A stretch of DNA of 64,000 nt from an uncultured Acidobacteriota bacterium (GCA_963773035.1 CAVYZX010000004.1:210135-274134), one strand, 5' to 3'. Numbered from the stretch's first letter, positions 8,912-19,282 are shown. The notes: generated by a model from the sequence alone, not told the origin. Program-made: numbers and translations.

Positions 8912-9532
8912 TCATTGAAGCAATTGGTTGTCTGACGTCTCGTCTATCGATCTTGTCGGGCCATGGGCGGGATACACCCGAGTGGCGCCCTGTTCTCGCA
9001 ATCGCCTCCAGGTTGCCAAAGCGACGGGATTGTCGAACGCCCCACCCTCGGGCGGGAGATCGCCGGTGAAGACTGAACCATCATCGAGCAGAAGCGAAAC
9101 ACAATGATCGGAGTGACCAGGTGTATGCACGATCTCTCCGGCAATTCCCATCTGGCCAAGGATCTGGCGGCTCTGATCGAATGAGATGATGATGTTGCCC
9201 TCTCCAGTAATCTCGACGTAATTGTCGCCCGGTTTCGTCCAAGTCTTCATGAGTGGGATCGCCTCAACCTGGACATCGAGGACGAGGAGGGGAACGCCCT
9301 CCCGTTTCAATTCCTCGGCCAAGCCGGCATGGTCCGGGTGATAGTGGGTGGCAAATGCGTAGCGGATTTCGCTGAGCGGCGCGCCCATCCGTTTGAGGTT
9401 CGCCTTCATAGTTCCGAGGGTGCCGGGCCAGCCGATGTCAACCAGCAACCGAGACGTGCCCGCGCTTACAACCCAATAGTTGGTCGAGCGGTAACCGACG
9501 TTAATAATCGTGACCGGTGCTAGTCGGGCCAT
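8912..9532 (-). CDS. MBL-fold metallo-hydrolase
   Basis: Canonical ATHYHPDHAG motif plus a later HTPGHS motif. Confidence 0.9.
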   Translation of the reverse strand: MARLAPVTIINVGYRSTNYWVVSAGTSRLLVDIGWPGTLGTMKANLKRMGAPLSEIRYAFATHYHPDHAGLAEELKREGVPLLVLDVQVEAIPLMKTWTKPGDNYVEITGEGNIIISFDQSRQILGQMGIAGEIVHTPGHSDHCVSLLLDDGSVFTGDLPPEGGAFDNPVALATWRRLREQGATRVYPAHGPTRSIDETSDNQLLQ

Positions 9533-9570
9533 GGTTCATCGAGTGCTGCCCAACGTCGGTTCAGCGCAGG

Positions 9571-10203
9571 TTAGGCTCCGATGGAGATGCGGCGCGCATC
9601 GCTGTCTGGATAGGGGTATTCCATGTGCCGAGCGGTTGCCCTGGCTGCGCCTTCGCCGAAGTAATGCGCCACGACTTTGAGCGACATGTCGATGCCCGCT
9701 GAGATTCCGGCAGACGTAAACACGCGGCCATCTTCCACGAAGTGCTTGCCGTACTCGACGGTCACCGAGGGAAAAGAATCACGCATCCAGTCGAGCGAGC
9801 GCCAGTGAGTGGTTGCGTGCAGCCCGTCCAGAAGGCCGGCGAAGCCCAGCAACATAGAGCCCGTGCAAACCGCCGCTACCGTTTCAGCCTCCGCGGCACG
9901 GGCGCGCAACCAATCGAGCATGACCGGATTCTTCAACTCGTTCCGGGCGCCCCATCCGCCGGGGGACACAACGATGTCGAGGCGTGGGCACTTCTCGAAC
10001 GTGTAGTGGGGCAAGACCATCATGCCGCCCGTTGTCGTGACCGGGCCTGGACGCTCCGCAACCAGCAGTACCTCAAAGGGCGAGGGTTCTTCGCGGCGCT
10101 TCTCCTCGTTCACGCGGGTCGCGGAGAACACCTCAAATGGCCCGCAAAAGTCGAGGACTTCGACGTCCTCAAACAAGATGATGCCAACACGCTTTCTTTC
10201 CAT
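9571..10203 (-). CDS. DJ-1/PfpI family protein
   Basis: The internal ATG gives MERKRVGIILFEDVEVLDF. Nucleophile-elbow region AAVCTGSMLL. Confidence 0.85.
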   Translation of the reverse strand: MERKRVGIILFEDVEVLDFCGPFEVFSATRVNEEKRREEPSPFEVLLVAERPGPVTTTGGMMVLPHYTFEKCPRLDIVVSPGGWGARNELKNPVMLDWLRARAAEAETVAAVCTGSMLLGFAGLLDGLHATTHWRSLDWMRDSFPSVTVEYGKHFVEDGRVFTSAGISAGIDMSLKVVAHYFGEGAARATARHMEYPYPDSDARRISIGA

Positions 10204-10338
10204 CTGTACCCCGTTACCGTGAGCCTGACGCAATGCGGCTGACCCGCGGTGGCCGCTCACCGATCGAAATCGGCTGGTTCTCCCAACGGCCGCCGTCGGA
10301 TCCAGCCGCTGTTCGGAGCCCCTGCATCTGAATCGCGT

Positions 10339-10815
10339 TCAATGTTTCGGCCACCACCGACCGACCCGCAGACAGTACGCTTCATAATCTCCAGGAAAAG
10401 TTCGCCGCAGTGTGGGCTCCTCGTACAACACGACAAACAGGTGGGTGATGACGAGGAACAAACCAGCATAGCCGAGGAGCGGAATCGATTGATAAAAGAG
10501 CGCGGCACCAGCTAAGGCAAGGCCGGCTCCGAGGTACATCGGATTCCGGATGAGTCGATATGGGCCTTGAACCACGAGCTGACGAGGCGGATCGAACGGC
10601 GCCGGAGTCCCCCTGCCGACGAACACAAACGTGAGGATACACGTGAGCGCGAGTGCTGCGCCGGAGGCTCCCAGAAGCATCCCGGCAACTTGCCAAGCGC
10701 CGTTAGCCCCAGGTTGAATGATTCCTGTCGAGCCCAGGATGCGGTCCGGAAGGAATATGAGTAGGACGCCGATGAAGAGCACTGAATAGGTTGCCGCGCG
10801 AGCGAGGACGAACAT
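10339..10815 (-). CDS. isoprenylcysteine carboxyl methyltransferase (ICMT/PEMT-like) family membrane protein
   Basis: GPYRLIRNPMYLG and EEPTLRRTFPGDYEAY motifs, with several transmembrane helices. Confidence 0.85.
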   Translation of the reverse strand: MFVLARAATYSVLFIGVLLIFLPDRILGSTGIIQPGANGAWQVAGMLLGASGAALALTCILTFVFVGRGTPAPFDPPRQLVVQGPYRLIRNPMYLGAGLALAGAALFYQSIPLLGYAGLFLVITHLFVVLYEEPTLRRTFPGDYEAYCLRVGRWWPKH

Positions 10816-10817
10816 CT

Positions 10818-11429
10818 TTAAGCGCCACGCCGGTTCGCGCCAATTCTAGGCAAGAAGCGCCCGGTCCTTTCCATGTAAGTTCGATAGCTGTCTCCAAACC
10901 GGACCACCAGGTTCGCCTCTTCGGTCCGAGTTCGGATGATGAGCAGACAAAGGATCACAACGCCGGTCACGAAGAGGAACCAGTTCGCCGCGATCAGAGA
11001 AACTGCCACCATGACCAACGCGGCCGAGTCGTATAACGGATGCCGGATCCAGTAGTAGGGCCCGTGTAACACGAGCGTGTGTTTTTGTCGAGTGACAACT
11101 GTATCCGTCAGGTTCCCTCCGAGGGAGCGAAAGGTCCACACCAGCAGCCCGCACGCAATCGCGATCACGCCGACTCCTGTCCATCGGAGCCAGACTGGAA
11201 GAGACACTGAGGACCAAGCCAACCAACCTGGGTCGACCATCCAGGCGATCAGCCCGAGCCAGAACACAGCGCCCACGGGCCGCAACGTTGCCAGAATGAA
11301 CAGGCCCTCCTGCCGCCGATCGAGTGTTTCCCGTGTCGCTTGTGACTTGAGCCGGTGGTAGATGCCGATGGGAAGGACCACAAGAAAGACAACAAACAGG
11401 ACGGCCCGGAAGGTTTGGTCGTGGCTCAT
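10818..11429 (-). CDS. ICMT/PEMT-like family membrane methyltransferase (tandem paralog)
   Basis: The internal ATG at 11429 gives MSHDQTF. Motifs GPYYWIRHPLY and EEANLVVRFGDSYRTY. Confidence 0.8.
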   Translation of the reverse strand: MSHDQTFRAVLFVVFLVVLPIGIYHRLKSQATRETLDRRQEGLFILATLRPVGAVFWLGLIAWMVDPGWLAWSSVSLPVWLRWTGVGVIAIACGLLVWTFRSLGGNLTDTVVTRQKHTLVLHGPYYWIRHPLYDSAALVMVAVSLIAANWFLFVTGVVILCLLIIRTRTEEANLVVRFGDSYRTYMERTGRFLPRIGANRRGA

Positions 11430-11509
11430 GGGCAATGGCTTCGTGGTGAGCGCCGTTCGTCGGCTGCACTGGCCTGTTAGACCCCTGGAGGGTACAAACC
11501 GGGTACATG

Positions 11510-12881
11510 GGTAACACATTAAACCGGGAACATGGGTGACATTCACTAGGCTGGGGACCACCGGAGGTTGGTGGATGCCCTGGCTGGAGACAGCACCCAT
11601 GGAACAGCGAGAACGATTCATTCGTGATGATCGGTTGGCCCTGTACACGATGACCGAGTTGTGCGAGCGATACGGGATCAGTCGCAAGACCGGTTATAAA
11701 TGGCTCGCTCGGTTTGAGGAAGGCGGCCGGTCGGCGCTGGGTGATCGCAGCCGAGCGCCGCATCAGTGTCCCCATCGCATCTCGGAAGAGACCGCGCACC
11801 TGATTTGCGACGCGCGGCGGAAGCATCCGACCTGGGGGCCCGACAAGCTCCTGGACTGGCTCGAGCCGCGGCATCCGGACGCCGAGTGGCCGGCCGTCAG
11901 CACCGCCGGTGATCTGCTGGCCCGCAAGGGGCTGGTGAAGAAACGCCGGCGGCGCCGTCCCCACCTGCATCCAGGGGTGGTCCCTGCGGTGACGACGCAG
12001 CCGAACGACCTGTGGACCGCGGACTTCAAAGGGCAATTTCGAACTCGCGATGGCGTCTACTGCTATCCGCTGACGATCGCCGATCAGCACACACGATTCT
12101 TGATGGCCTGTCACGGCCTGCTGTCGACGAAAGGTCAGGGTGTCCGTCCCGTCTTCGATCGGTTGTTTCGGGAGTACGGCCTGCCGCGGGCGATCCGCAC
12201 GGACAACGGCGTGCCCTTCGCCACGACCGGGATTCACGGCCTCTCGCAACTCAACGTCTGGTGGCTTCGGCTTGGCATTCAGCATCAACGCATCCTACCG
12301 GGCCAGCCGCAGCAGAACGGGGCGCACGAACGGATGCACAAAACCTTGAAGGGAGACGCCATTCGCCCGCCACGGGCGACTCTGGCCGCGCAGCAACGCG
12401 CGTTCAATCGATTCCGTACCGTGTACAACAACGAACGGCCGCACACGTTCCTGCGGGGCCGAACGCCGACGTCTCTCTACCGTCCCTCACGGCGCGCGTA
12501 CACGGGCGAGCTGCCACCGATCGAATATCCGGGACACTTCATCGTCAAGCGCATCACGAATGCGGGCACATTCCGCTTCAAGAAGCGCCTGCTCTTCATC
12601 GCGAATGCGCTCAAGCAGCACACGATTGGCCTCGAAGAAGTCGCCGACGGCCTCTGGTCCATTCACTTCTGCCGGGTCCTGGTCGGACGGGTCGACGAAC
12701 GGGACTACATCATTCGAGGCTAAGATGGCGCGCCGCCTGTGGAAGCTGCCGGAGCCATGGACGCACAGAACGCGCCCACCGCTCCTTGGAAAACCGCACA
12801 GAACGCGGTTTCCCACAGCTACCACAGTCACTCTCATCGGGAACCAAAGTGTTACCCATGTTCCCGGTTAACTTTGTTACC
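11510..12881 (+). mobile_element. IS481-family insertion sequence
   Basis: Imperfect terminal inverted repeats: GGTAACACATTAAACCGGGAACATGGGTGACAT (11510-11542) against the reverse complement of 12849-12881. About 28 of 33 positions match by eye. A single transposase ORF lies inside. The ends may extend about 15 nt further out. Confidence 0.8.
11575..12723 (+). CDS. IS481-family transposase (HTH plus DDE integrase core)
   Basis: HTH LCERYGISRKTGYKWLARFEEGG. rve-type core DLWTADF, RTDNG and NGAHERMH. The ATG at 11575 lies 7 nt after GGAGG. Confidence 0.9.
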   Translation: MPWLETAPMEQRERFIRDDRLALYTMTELCERYGISRKTGYKWLARFEEGGRSALGDRSRAPHQCPHRISEETAHLICDARRKHPTWGPDKLLDWLEPRHPDAEWPAVSTAGDLLARKGLVKKRRRRRPHLHPGVVPAVTTQPNDLWTADFKGQFRTRDGVYCYPLTIADQHTRFLMACHGLLSTKGQGVRPVFDRLFREYGLPRAIRTDNGVPFATTGIHGLSQLNVWWLRLGIQHQRILPGQPQQNGAHERMHKTLKGDAIRPPRATLAAQQRAFNRFRTVYNNERPHTFLRGRTPTSLYRPSRRAYTGELPPIEYPGHFIVKRITNAGTFRFKKRLLFIANALKQHTIGLEEVADGLWSIHFCRVLVGRVDERDYIIRG

Positions 12882-13458
12882 TATCTTGCCGGTTGCTCAT
12901 TCCGGGGCGGTCCAGTCGGGCACGAAGCTGCCTCACAGATAGCACGGGATACCCGTTGTGCAGAAGGTTAAACAGCAGCAGCCATGCCGCAGTGTCCCAC
13001 CAGCCGGAGACCAGCGTCCACAACGTGATACCGGCGATCACAACGAATATGAGGAGATGGCCCGCCTCGGGATTCTGTGTCGCTCGAATCATCGTCTGTC
13101 GGGCGCCGCGCGATCTGAGAAGAGCTGGATTTACAGACCAGAGGACAGGACTCAGTAATCGCCGATACCAACGGACTCCGAGGTAGTCGTAAACGCGTCC
13201 GCGCTTCTCAAAAGGACGCGTTCCGTAATACGAAGCCGGCAGCCGGACCGATAGCCCGTCCCAGGCACCGCTTCGGGACTGCAGGACACGACCCAACGAG
13301 ATCGCCCATGCCATCAGAATCCAATTGACGCCGAATGCGAATCCCACTGTCTGGCCGTAGGACCGAGCGCTCCAGACGACTGCGATGGCGAAACTGATCG
13401 TAATGAGTGTTCCACTCGCAAACGCCCATCGGGCGTCGTGTTGCGATCGATCAGTCAT
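12877..13458 (-). CDS. integral membrane protein, possibly glycosyl-diaponeurosporenoate acyltransferase-like
   Basis: 193 aa with four or more transmembrane helices. The motif RPFEKRGRVYDYLGVRWYRRLL recalls that acyltransferase family (tentative). Its TAA stop lies inside the IS terminal repeat. Confidence 0.6.
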   Translation of the reverse strand: MTDRSQHDARWAFASGTLITISFAIAVVWSARSYGQTVGFAFGVNWILMAWAISLGRVLQSRSGAWDGLSVRLPASYYGTRPFEKRGRVYDYLGVRWYRRLLSPVLWSVNPALLRSRGARQTMIRATQNPEAGHLLIFVVIAGITLWTLVSGWWDTAAWLLLFNLLHNGYPVLSVRQLRARLDRPGMSNRQDR

Positions 13459-13502
13459 ATCGGCCTAACGCCCTGCGTTTCAGCTGCGGAGCTGCGGCGC
13501 CC

Positions 13503-14141
13503 TCAATGGCTCCCTCGCTTCAATGGGTCACGCCGCGGCTTCGCCAGCTGCAAACGCTTGTTCTGCGTCGACGTCGCAGAGGACGGTTTCCTCCTCTCAC
13601 GGGCATGTGGCCGGGCTGAACCAATGTCGCTCTGAATCCCGACAGTATCGTGCGCCTCACGGAGCCAAGCCCGCAGTTCATCGTCCAGGTCCGCAGCCGA
13701 CCGAATGTCTACGAAGTGACCCCGCCATCTCGGGCCATAGTCCGCCCGCTTAGCGATACGAGGACTCTTCAGCCAGCGCCTCAACGCGAAGCCGGCCCTG
13801 AAACCGTTCTTGCGCGGGGATAGTCCGGCGAAGCGCACTCGCGCCACGCACACGAGGCGCGTCTTTTGTGGGATTACCTGGACATCGCCCAGGGAGTAGA
13901 GCACGTCTACATACCGTCGGGCGAGCTCGAGGACGTCAGGCGGGGCTTTCGCAAACAGGGCCTCAAGCGTGAACCGGCCACATGAGTGCCACAGGTTCCG
14001 GCTGACTAGCCGCGCGCCGCACTTAGGGCAAACCCAAAGGGCTGACTGCTCATCTGACGCTGACGCACTGTTTGACTTCACGAGCAACTCCGACAGTGAG
14101 CGACCGTTGAACGATAGCCAGTTACGTACGCATAACGTCAT
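13503..14141 (-). CDS. hypothetical protein, DUF5655-like with CPxC...HSC motif
   Basis: WVCPKCGARLVSRNLWHSC is followed by a conserved-looking alpha/beta region. The start is taken at an internal ATG overlapping the upstream GNAT gene by 20 nt. Confidence 0.55.
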   Translation of the reverse strand: MTLCVRNWLSFNGRSLSELLVKSNSASASDEQSALWVCPKCGARLVSRNLWHSCGRFTLEALFAKAPPDVLELARRYVDVLYSLGDVQVIPQKTRLVCVARVRFAGLSPRKNGFRAGFALRRWLKSPRIAKRADYGPRWRGHFVDIRSAADLDDELRAWLREAHDTVGIQSDIGSARPHARERRKPSSATSTQNKRLQLAKPRRDPLKRGSH

Positions 14142-14655
14142 GCGTTTCAGCCGCGGCCCCGGTCTGCACCTGCCAGCGCCACACACGTCCATCCTCGGGG
14201 TCCATTACCTCTCCCACAAAAGTCATCCCCACCTTCTCCAGCACCCGGGTCGATGCGTTCGTCTCCGGGAGCGTGTGGGCCATCACCCGCCGGACCGCCG
14301 CCGATCTGCTCGCCAGTTCGACAAGCTTCCTTGCCATCTCCGTCGCGTATCCCCGCCCCTCGAACCCTGGGTAGGTGAAGTAGGCGATCTCGACCGCCCC
14401 CTCGTCGGTCGGCGGAGTCTTGAACGCGCACGAGCCAACCACTTCGCGTGTGCCCTCATCCACGACGAAGTACCCACCCCATTGCAGCTCGTCCACGCTG
14501 ACAGGGACCGCGACCAGCGTGCGTCCTACGAGTCGGTGTACGAGATCGGCCACCCTCGCCCAATTGCCCTGGACCAGTGCGTCCATGTACTCCGGGTGAT
14601 TCGCAATCGCCTCCTCGATTGCATGGTCAAGCCTGACTAGCTGGACATTCTTCAT
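14122..14655 (-). CDS. GNAT family N-acetyltransferase
   Basis: Acetyl-CoA-binding region VEIAYFTYPGFEGRGYATEMARKLVELA. Confidence 0.85.
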   Translation of the reverse strand: MKNVQLVRLDHAIEEAIANHPEYMDALVQGNWARVADLVHRLVGRTLVAVPVSVDELQWGGYFVVDEGTREVVGSCAFKTPPTDEGAVEIAYFTYPGFEGRGYATEMARKLVELASRSAAVRRVMAHTLPETNASTRVLEKVGMTFVGEVMDPEDGRVWRWQVQTGAAAETHDVMRT

Positions 14656-14933
14656 TTCAACTCAACCTTGTCGGGGCCATTTGTCATGTCTTGCCACGAT
14701 GGTTATCAATTCGAAGATGGCGCCGGCGCGGGCACTGGCAGCGGGAGGTCTGAGTTATAGATCTCTCAACTGAAGGCGCGCCAACAAGCCGTTTGTTTCG
14801 CGCCGGATCCTCTCCGTCACCGGCAACAGGCCCCAGCGTTGCGTGTAGCCACGCTCGAAGTTCGCCGGCCCAGTCAGACATCGATCGGTTGTTCAGCCGT
14901 CTAACATTTCGTGCTGAGCGAGTACGCGGCCCA

Positions 14934-15482
14934 TCAGAAGAGAAACTTGTAGCCTAAGACGCCGCCGGCGACCCCTCCAATTGGACCGCCTATCAGAGCC
15001 CCCAACAACCCAGGATCATCGCAGTTACAGCGGTCACCTTCAATCGCTGCACCGAGAAACAGTCCCCCGAAGAAGCCGCCTACGCCGCCCACAATCGCAC
15101 CGAAGACCTTCCGACTGGTTGAGCGTTCCCGACTGGCCTGTGGTGGTTGCTGCCTGTTCACACCAAGCCCGCGGTTCTCCCAAGGCGTTCCGAAAGCCAA
15201 GGGATTCCGGGGATGGACGATTCGTGGGCTTGCCTGAAACCGGTAATCTCGGAGGAGGCCCATTGTCCTGGTGTGTCCCCATATTGCAGACTCAGGAAGC
15301 CTCTCTGAAACGTGGTGAACCTCGGCGGCCGGGGCCGCATCAGGGCTGTCAGGCTCCTGTGAGAAGTAATAGGAGGACTGCTCCACAGGAGCCGTCAACG
15401 AGACCGGCTCCCGGATGATCTGCGCATGAATCGTGGCCGGCCACACAATCGAGAGCGAACACGCGAACAGTAGATGGCGCAT
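14934..15482 (-). CDS. secreted protein with C-terminal glycine-zipper
   Basis: Signal peptide MRHLLFACSLSIVWPATIHAQ. C-terminal GAIVGGVGGFFGGLFLGAAIEG ... GALIGGPIGGVAGGVLG. Confidence 0.6.
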   Translation of the reverse strand: MRHLLFACSLSIVWPATIHAQIIREPVSLTAPVEQSSYYFSQEPDSPDAAPAAEVHHVSERLPESAIWGHTRTMGLLRDYRFQASPRIVHPRNPLAFGTPWENRGLGVNRQQPPQASRERSTSRKVFGAIVGGVGGFFGGLFLGAAIEGDRCNCDDPGLLGALIGGPIGGVAGGVLGYKFLF

Positions 15483-15644
15483 CGTGACCTCCTGATCGAG
15501 ATGCGCAATCGGTTCAGAAAGGGGCTCAAGATCAATGCCGCGACCGGTCGGGACGCGATGATCCGGCTTGTCTTAATGACCGCATAACGCATCGGCGATG
15601 ACCCGCGCCGAGCGGGAAGATCTCGCGTCGGCTCTAATTGGGCG

Positions 15645-16316
15645 CTAGACAGCACCTCTGCGAGCCATCATCTTCCGTCCCTGCAGGATGACTTCCGTCG
15701 CAAGAAGAGGCATGCTCCAGGACAGCCAGACTAACGTTGCGAAAGGGTCGCGCCCGAGGCTTGGCAAGATGCCGAGTTCCGCTAGCGTGCGGGTAGTCAC
15801 GAACGTGAAAGTCACCACGTAGCTCCGAAAGACCCACTCTTTGTGTTGACTGACATGGCCGAGCCGAATCGCGACATACGCCATTCCAGTAGTCGACCAC
15901 CACACGACCCCCAAGGTGCCGAGGCTGATGGCGAAAGTAGCGCCCTGCCCCGCATGCGACGCAAGGTAAAAAGCGGCAGAGCCACCGATGAGCACCCCAA
16001 CGATATACAGTCGGCCGCTCCAGCGATGAACGAGCATTGAATGCTGCCGCAGGCCGGACCAGAGCTGGAAGGGACCGACGAGGAGCGCGAGGGCGCTCCC
16101 AGCGATATGGGTCAACAGCCAGACTCGACGTGGCCAGAAACGACCGAACTTGCCTGAAGAGATGTCGGTGAGGAACGGGATGGCATCATTGATCAAATAG
16201 CGCGCGCCAAGAACAACGAGACAAGCAGCGGCAAGGAAGCTAACCGCGCGCCAGGCAAAGCGGCTGCCGTGGTTCCTGGGTTCGAGAGGCGCAGCAGGAC
16301 TAGAGCTTATCGGCAC
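15645..16316 (-). CDS. DUF2306 domain-containing membrane protein
   Basis: Multiple transmembrane helices with HRWSGRLY and QHKEWVFRSY motifs typical of DUF2306. Confidence 0.7.
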   Translation of the reverse strand: MPISSSPAAPLEPRNHGSRFAWRAVSFLAAACLVVLGARYLINDAIPFLTDISSGKFGRFWPRRVWLLTHIAGSALALLVGPFQLWSGLRQHSMLVHRWSGRLYIVGVLIGGSAAFYLASHAGQGATFAISLGTLGVVWWSTTGMAYVAIRLGHVSQHKEWVFRSYVVTFTFVTTRTLAELGILPSLGRDPFATLVWLSWSMPLLATEVILQGRKMMARRGAV

Positions 16317-16396
16317 TTCGGTTCCTCACTGCACCAACTAAAACTCGTCGGCCGTTCTGAGCGGCACACAGAATCCGCCCGAACCGCGGCGGATTG

Positions 16397-16861
16397 TCAT
16401 TGTAGAGGCAGGTACACGTCGGTGATCATTTCGTGCTCCTGCACTTCAGGCCCTACATTGACGTAGTGAAAGAAGATCGGGAACTCTCTGAGGACTTCTC
16501 CACTCGTGGGAAACCACACCTCGTAAAGGTGAACCGCTGCTGCATTGTGCGCGCGCGAACCGACCTGTCTTGCGACCGCACAGCGGCCACCAGGAATGAC
16601 CTTATTCGTAACACCCTGCGGATTCGGCGGGACGTCGTGATCGACGGATATGCAGAAGTCGACGCGATGATCAGCCGGGGGCGTTGTGCGGGGATCAGTG
16701 TAGTGAACTCCGTAGCTCCGATGTCTGTCGGAAGGGGGCATTTGATTCTGCCGCCGCCACTCGATGAGCCGTCGGGCCGTGCTGTGCTCCAACTCTGGCG
16801 GCCCGCGATGTTCGAGCGCCGCCACTTTGGTTTCAGGAAAGTCGACAATCCGAACTTCCAT
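16397..16861 (-). CDS. GyrI-like small-molecule-binding domain protein
   Basis: The start MEVRIVDFPETKVAALEHRG is typical of the GyrI-like/AraC effector-binding fold. GGAG lies upstream of the ATG at 16861. Confidence 0.75.
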   Translation of the reverse strand: MEVRIVDFPETKVAALEHRGPPELEHSTARRLIEWRRQNQMPPSDRHRSYGVHYTDPRTTPPADHRVDFCISVDHDVPPNPQGVTNKVIPGGRCAVARQVGSRAHNAAAVHLYEVWFPTSGEVLREFPIFFHYVNVGPEVQEHEMITDVYLPLQ

Positions 16862-16954
16862 TGATTCCGTCTCCGTTGGCATTTCAGAGCGACACCGCGA
16901 CGGTCGACGCGAAGTTGATTTTGCAGCATCCCCCGCACCGTAACCGAAGATCAA

Positions 16955-18076
16955 TCATTGTGCCGCCAGCACCAAGCGGCGGATTTCAGAAATGATCGGT
17001 TGGACCTGGAGGACGCTTCGTTCGCGATTCGCGAGCAGCGCGACGGCATATTGCCGGCTAGGAACAAGATCGAGATAGGCTGTCGTGCCCTCCATCGATC
17101 CGTTGAAATCAAAAGCCTGCCCATAGGGCGACTTCCCTCCCTTTGAGAGTCCTGTCGAATCGAGCGACCACCCAGCGGTAAAAACCACCCGGCCCTCGCC
17201 ATCGGGTCGAATGTCGAACATTTCGGTCGCGGGCGCCTCCGTGACCAGCTTGCGTTCGAAGATCGCTATGGCAAAGCGCGCCAGGTCGTTAACGGTCGAA
17301 ATAATGCCGCTGGCTGGCATCTTGAACCGAGTGTCAACGACCAGCGAAGGGCGGAGGCCGTAGATCAGTCCACCGCGATATCCGGGACTGAACGTCGGCG
17401 AGTTGTACGCCGGGTGATCGAACGTCGTGGCTGTCATGCCAGCGGTCGCGAAGACGTGGTCTTTCATGAAGTCGGCGTTCGAGCGACCCGATGCGCCCTC
17501 GATAACGCAGCCGAGCGCCGCGTACCCCCATGACGTGTACAGGGTCTTCGTACCGGGTGCGAACCGCAGCGGCTCGCGGACGACGTTCAGGAGTGCAGCG
17601 CCGAGCCGCACAAACGCGCCCATGATAGTCACGTCCTCGCGATCTGTCGTATGACGCATCCCACTTCGATGCATCAGGAACTGTCGAACTGTGGGCGCCT
17701 CGTCGAGAGCAGTTAGCTCAGGACAGTATCGGCGCGCCGGCTCGTCCAGCTTCACCTTTCCGTCTTGAACCAACTGGAACACCCCGGTCGCCGTCAACGG
17801 CTTCGACACGGAGGCCACTCGGTACTGGGTGTCGGCGGTTGGCGGCCGGTCGGAGGTCAGTGAAATTGTCCCGAACCCCTTGGCGTCGACGATGTGGCCC
17901 TCCTCGACGATGGCGATGGATATTCCGGGAATGTCGTGCTTGGCAAGCGCGGAGGTGACCAGTTCATCGATGGCGCGCTCCGCGTTGAAGTGCAGGCCCG
18001 ATTGGGAGGCACCGGCCGTTGCCAACAGTGCCACGCCGGCACATAGAGACACCGGACGAATGATTGATCTACGCAT
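16955..18076 (-). CDS. serine hydrolase (beta-lactamase/transpeptidase-like), secreted
   Basis: SxxK motif ASVSKPLTA. Signal peptide MRRSIIRPVSLCAGVALLATAGA begins at the internal ATG. Confidence 0.85.
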   Translation of the reverse strand: MRRSIIRPVSLCAGVALLATAGASQSGLHFNAERAIDELVTSALAKHDIPGISIAIVEEGHIVDAKGFGTISLTSDRPPTADTQYRVASVSKPLTATGVFQLVQDGKVKLDEPARRYCPELTALDEAPTVRQFLMHRSGMRHTTDREDVTIMGAFVRLGAALLNVVREPLRFAPGTKTLYTSWGYAALGCVIEGASGRSNADFMKDHVFATAGMTATTFDHPAYNSPTFSPGYRGGLIYGLRPSLVVDTRFKMPASGIISTVNDLARFAIAIFERKLVTEAPATEMFDIRPDGEGRVVFTAGWSLDSTGLSKGGKSPYGQAFDFNGSMEGTTAYLDLVPSRQYAVALLANRERSVLQVQPIISEIRRLVLAAQ

Positions 18077-18138
18077 GGTCTCCGACTTACGCCGCCGGTC
18101 AGGTGCAGCTCCTGGTTGGGCCGCCACACAATCCCGAT

Positions 18139-18792
18139 CTAGAGCGCGAAGTTGTCATCGTAGTCAGCCATCGCCGCTCGCACGACCTTGAGAGCGTGCG
18201 CCCTTCCATACACCCTCGCAATACGCGCCTGCACGCGCTGACCCGGCACGAGTTTGTAGGTCAAGAAGTAATGTTGAAGGCGCTCCACGAGCACAGAAGG
18301 TACATCGCTGACATTGCGAGCCCGGCCCCACACATAGTCGTTCTCCAGCACGCTGATGAGTTTGTCGTCGGCCTCTCCCGCGTCGATCATCTGCAGACCG
18401 CCGATGACCCGACTGCGGACGATGATTTCGTTCCGGGCAATCGCCCGTTCGCTGAGTACGCAGATATCCAATGGATCGCCATCGCCTCGTTTTGCCGTCG
18501 GCGCGAGGCCGCGCACGCGCTCATCACAGTAGGTGCGTGGGACAAACCCGTACAGTGTCGGGTGCTGTGCGGAGGAGCGCTGCGGTCGATCGACGCGAAG
18601 ATACCCGGATACTTTGTCAACCTCATACTTCATGAGGTCGAACGGCGTGATCTCGATGTACGCGTTGAGAACCTCAGGCGGATCAGGACCAGCCTCCAAA
18701 CCATGCCAGGGGTGAGGTCGGAAGTGATTGATCGTGCCGGATCCTTGACCGGTCGGCTGCGCGGGAAGTCGTTTTTGTCTTCGCGTCGGCAT
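18139..18792 (-). CDS. ppa: inorganic diphosphatase (family I)
   Basis: [10 protein letters not shown] signature and YGFVPRTY motif. The N-terminal start is uncertain (18792 or 18831). Confidence 0.9.
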   Translation of the reverse strand: MPTRRQKRLPAQPTGQGSGTINHFRPHPWHGLEAGPDPPEVLNAYIEITPFDLMKYEVDKVSGYLRVDRPQRSSAQHPTLYGFVPRTYCDERVRGLAPTAKRGDGDPLDICVLSERAIARNEIIVRSRVIGGLQMIDAGEADDKLISVLENDYVWGRARNVSDVPSVLVERLQHYFLTYKLVPGQRVQARIARVYGRAHALKVVRAAMADYDDNFAL

Positions 18793-18845
18793 TTTTGAGA
18801 AAGCACCGTTCTCGGAAATTTGTCGGCCCAACGCATTGGCAGTGC

Positions 18846-19265
18846 TCAGCGAGCGGTCTCGCGGGAGCTCGCACGTTTCCGCGCTCCTGATCCGCCCTTC
18901 TTGCTCCTCGAAATCACGAACAGGCGTGCCATGCCCAGCAAATCCCGCAACGCGTCGTGGTGAATCCGTTGCAGTCGCACGAGCACCGTTGGATAGTTCA
19001 CGTAGTGATCCGTCACATAGTAGATTTCGGGCTCGTTGGCCATCAACTCGGCACGTTGATCAAAGCCGATCCGAACTGCGAGCGTGTTCGGCTCGGCCGA
19101 CTGATGAATGGCCGGGCACGTCAGAAGCTTCCCACGCACCTTCAGCGACGGAGCACCGTGGATGGTGCTTTCTTCGACATCCGGCAGCGCCACAGCAATC
19201 TTTCGGACCGCGTCGAAGTCCAAGGCCCTGCTTCGCATGGGATACCTGCCCATTGTCAGCCTCAC
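18846..19265 (-). CDS. MmcQ/YjbR family DNA-binding protein
   Basis: The pattern [23 protein letters not shown] resembles YjbR-like proteins. The start is uncertain (GTG 19265, ATG 19253 or ATG 19238). Confidence 0.6.
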   Translation of the reverse strand: MRLTMGRYPMRSRALDFDAVRKIAVALPDVEESTIHGAPSLKVRGKLLTCPAIHQSAEPNTLAVRIGFDQRAELMANEPEIYYVTDHYVNYPTVLVRLQRIHHDALRDLLGMARLFVISRSKKGGSGARKRASSRETAR

Positions 19266-19282
19266 TGTGCGGCGACTGAACT

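Noticed and set aside
10846-12288. 480-aa minus-strand ORF spanning the ICMT gene and the IS element
   Set aside because: It is antisense to the well-supported transposase and out of frame with the ICMT gene. It is Arg/Pro/Gly-rich, as expected for spurious ORFs in high-GC DNA.
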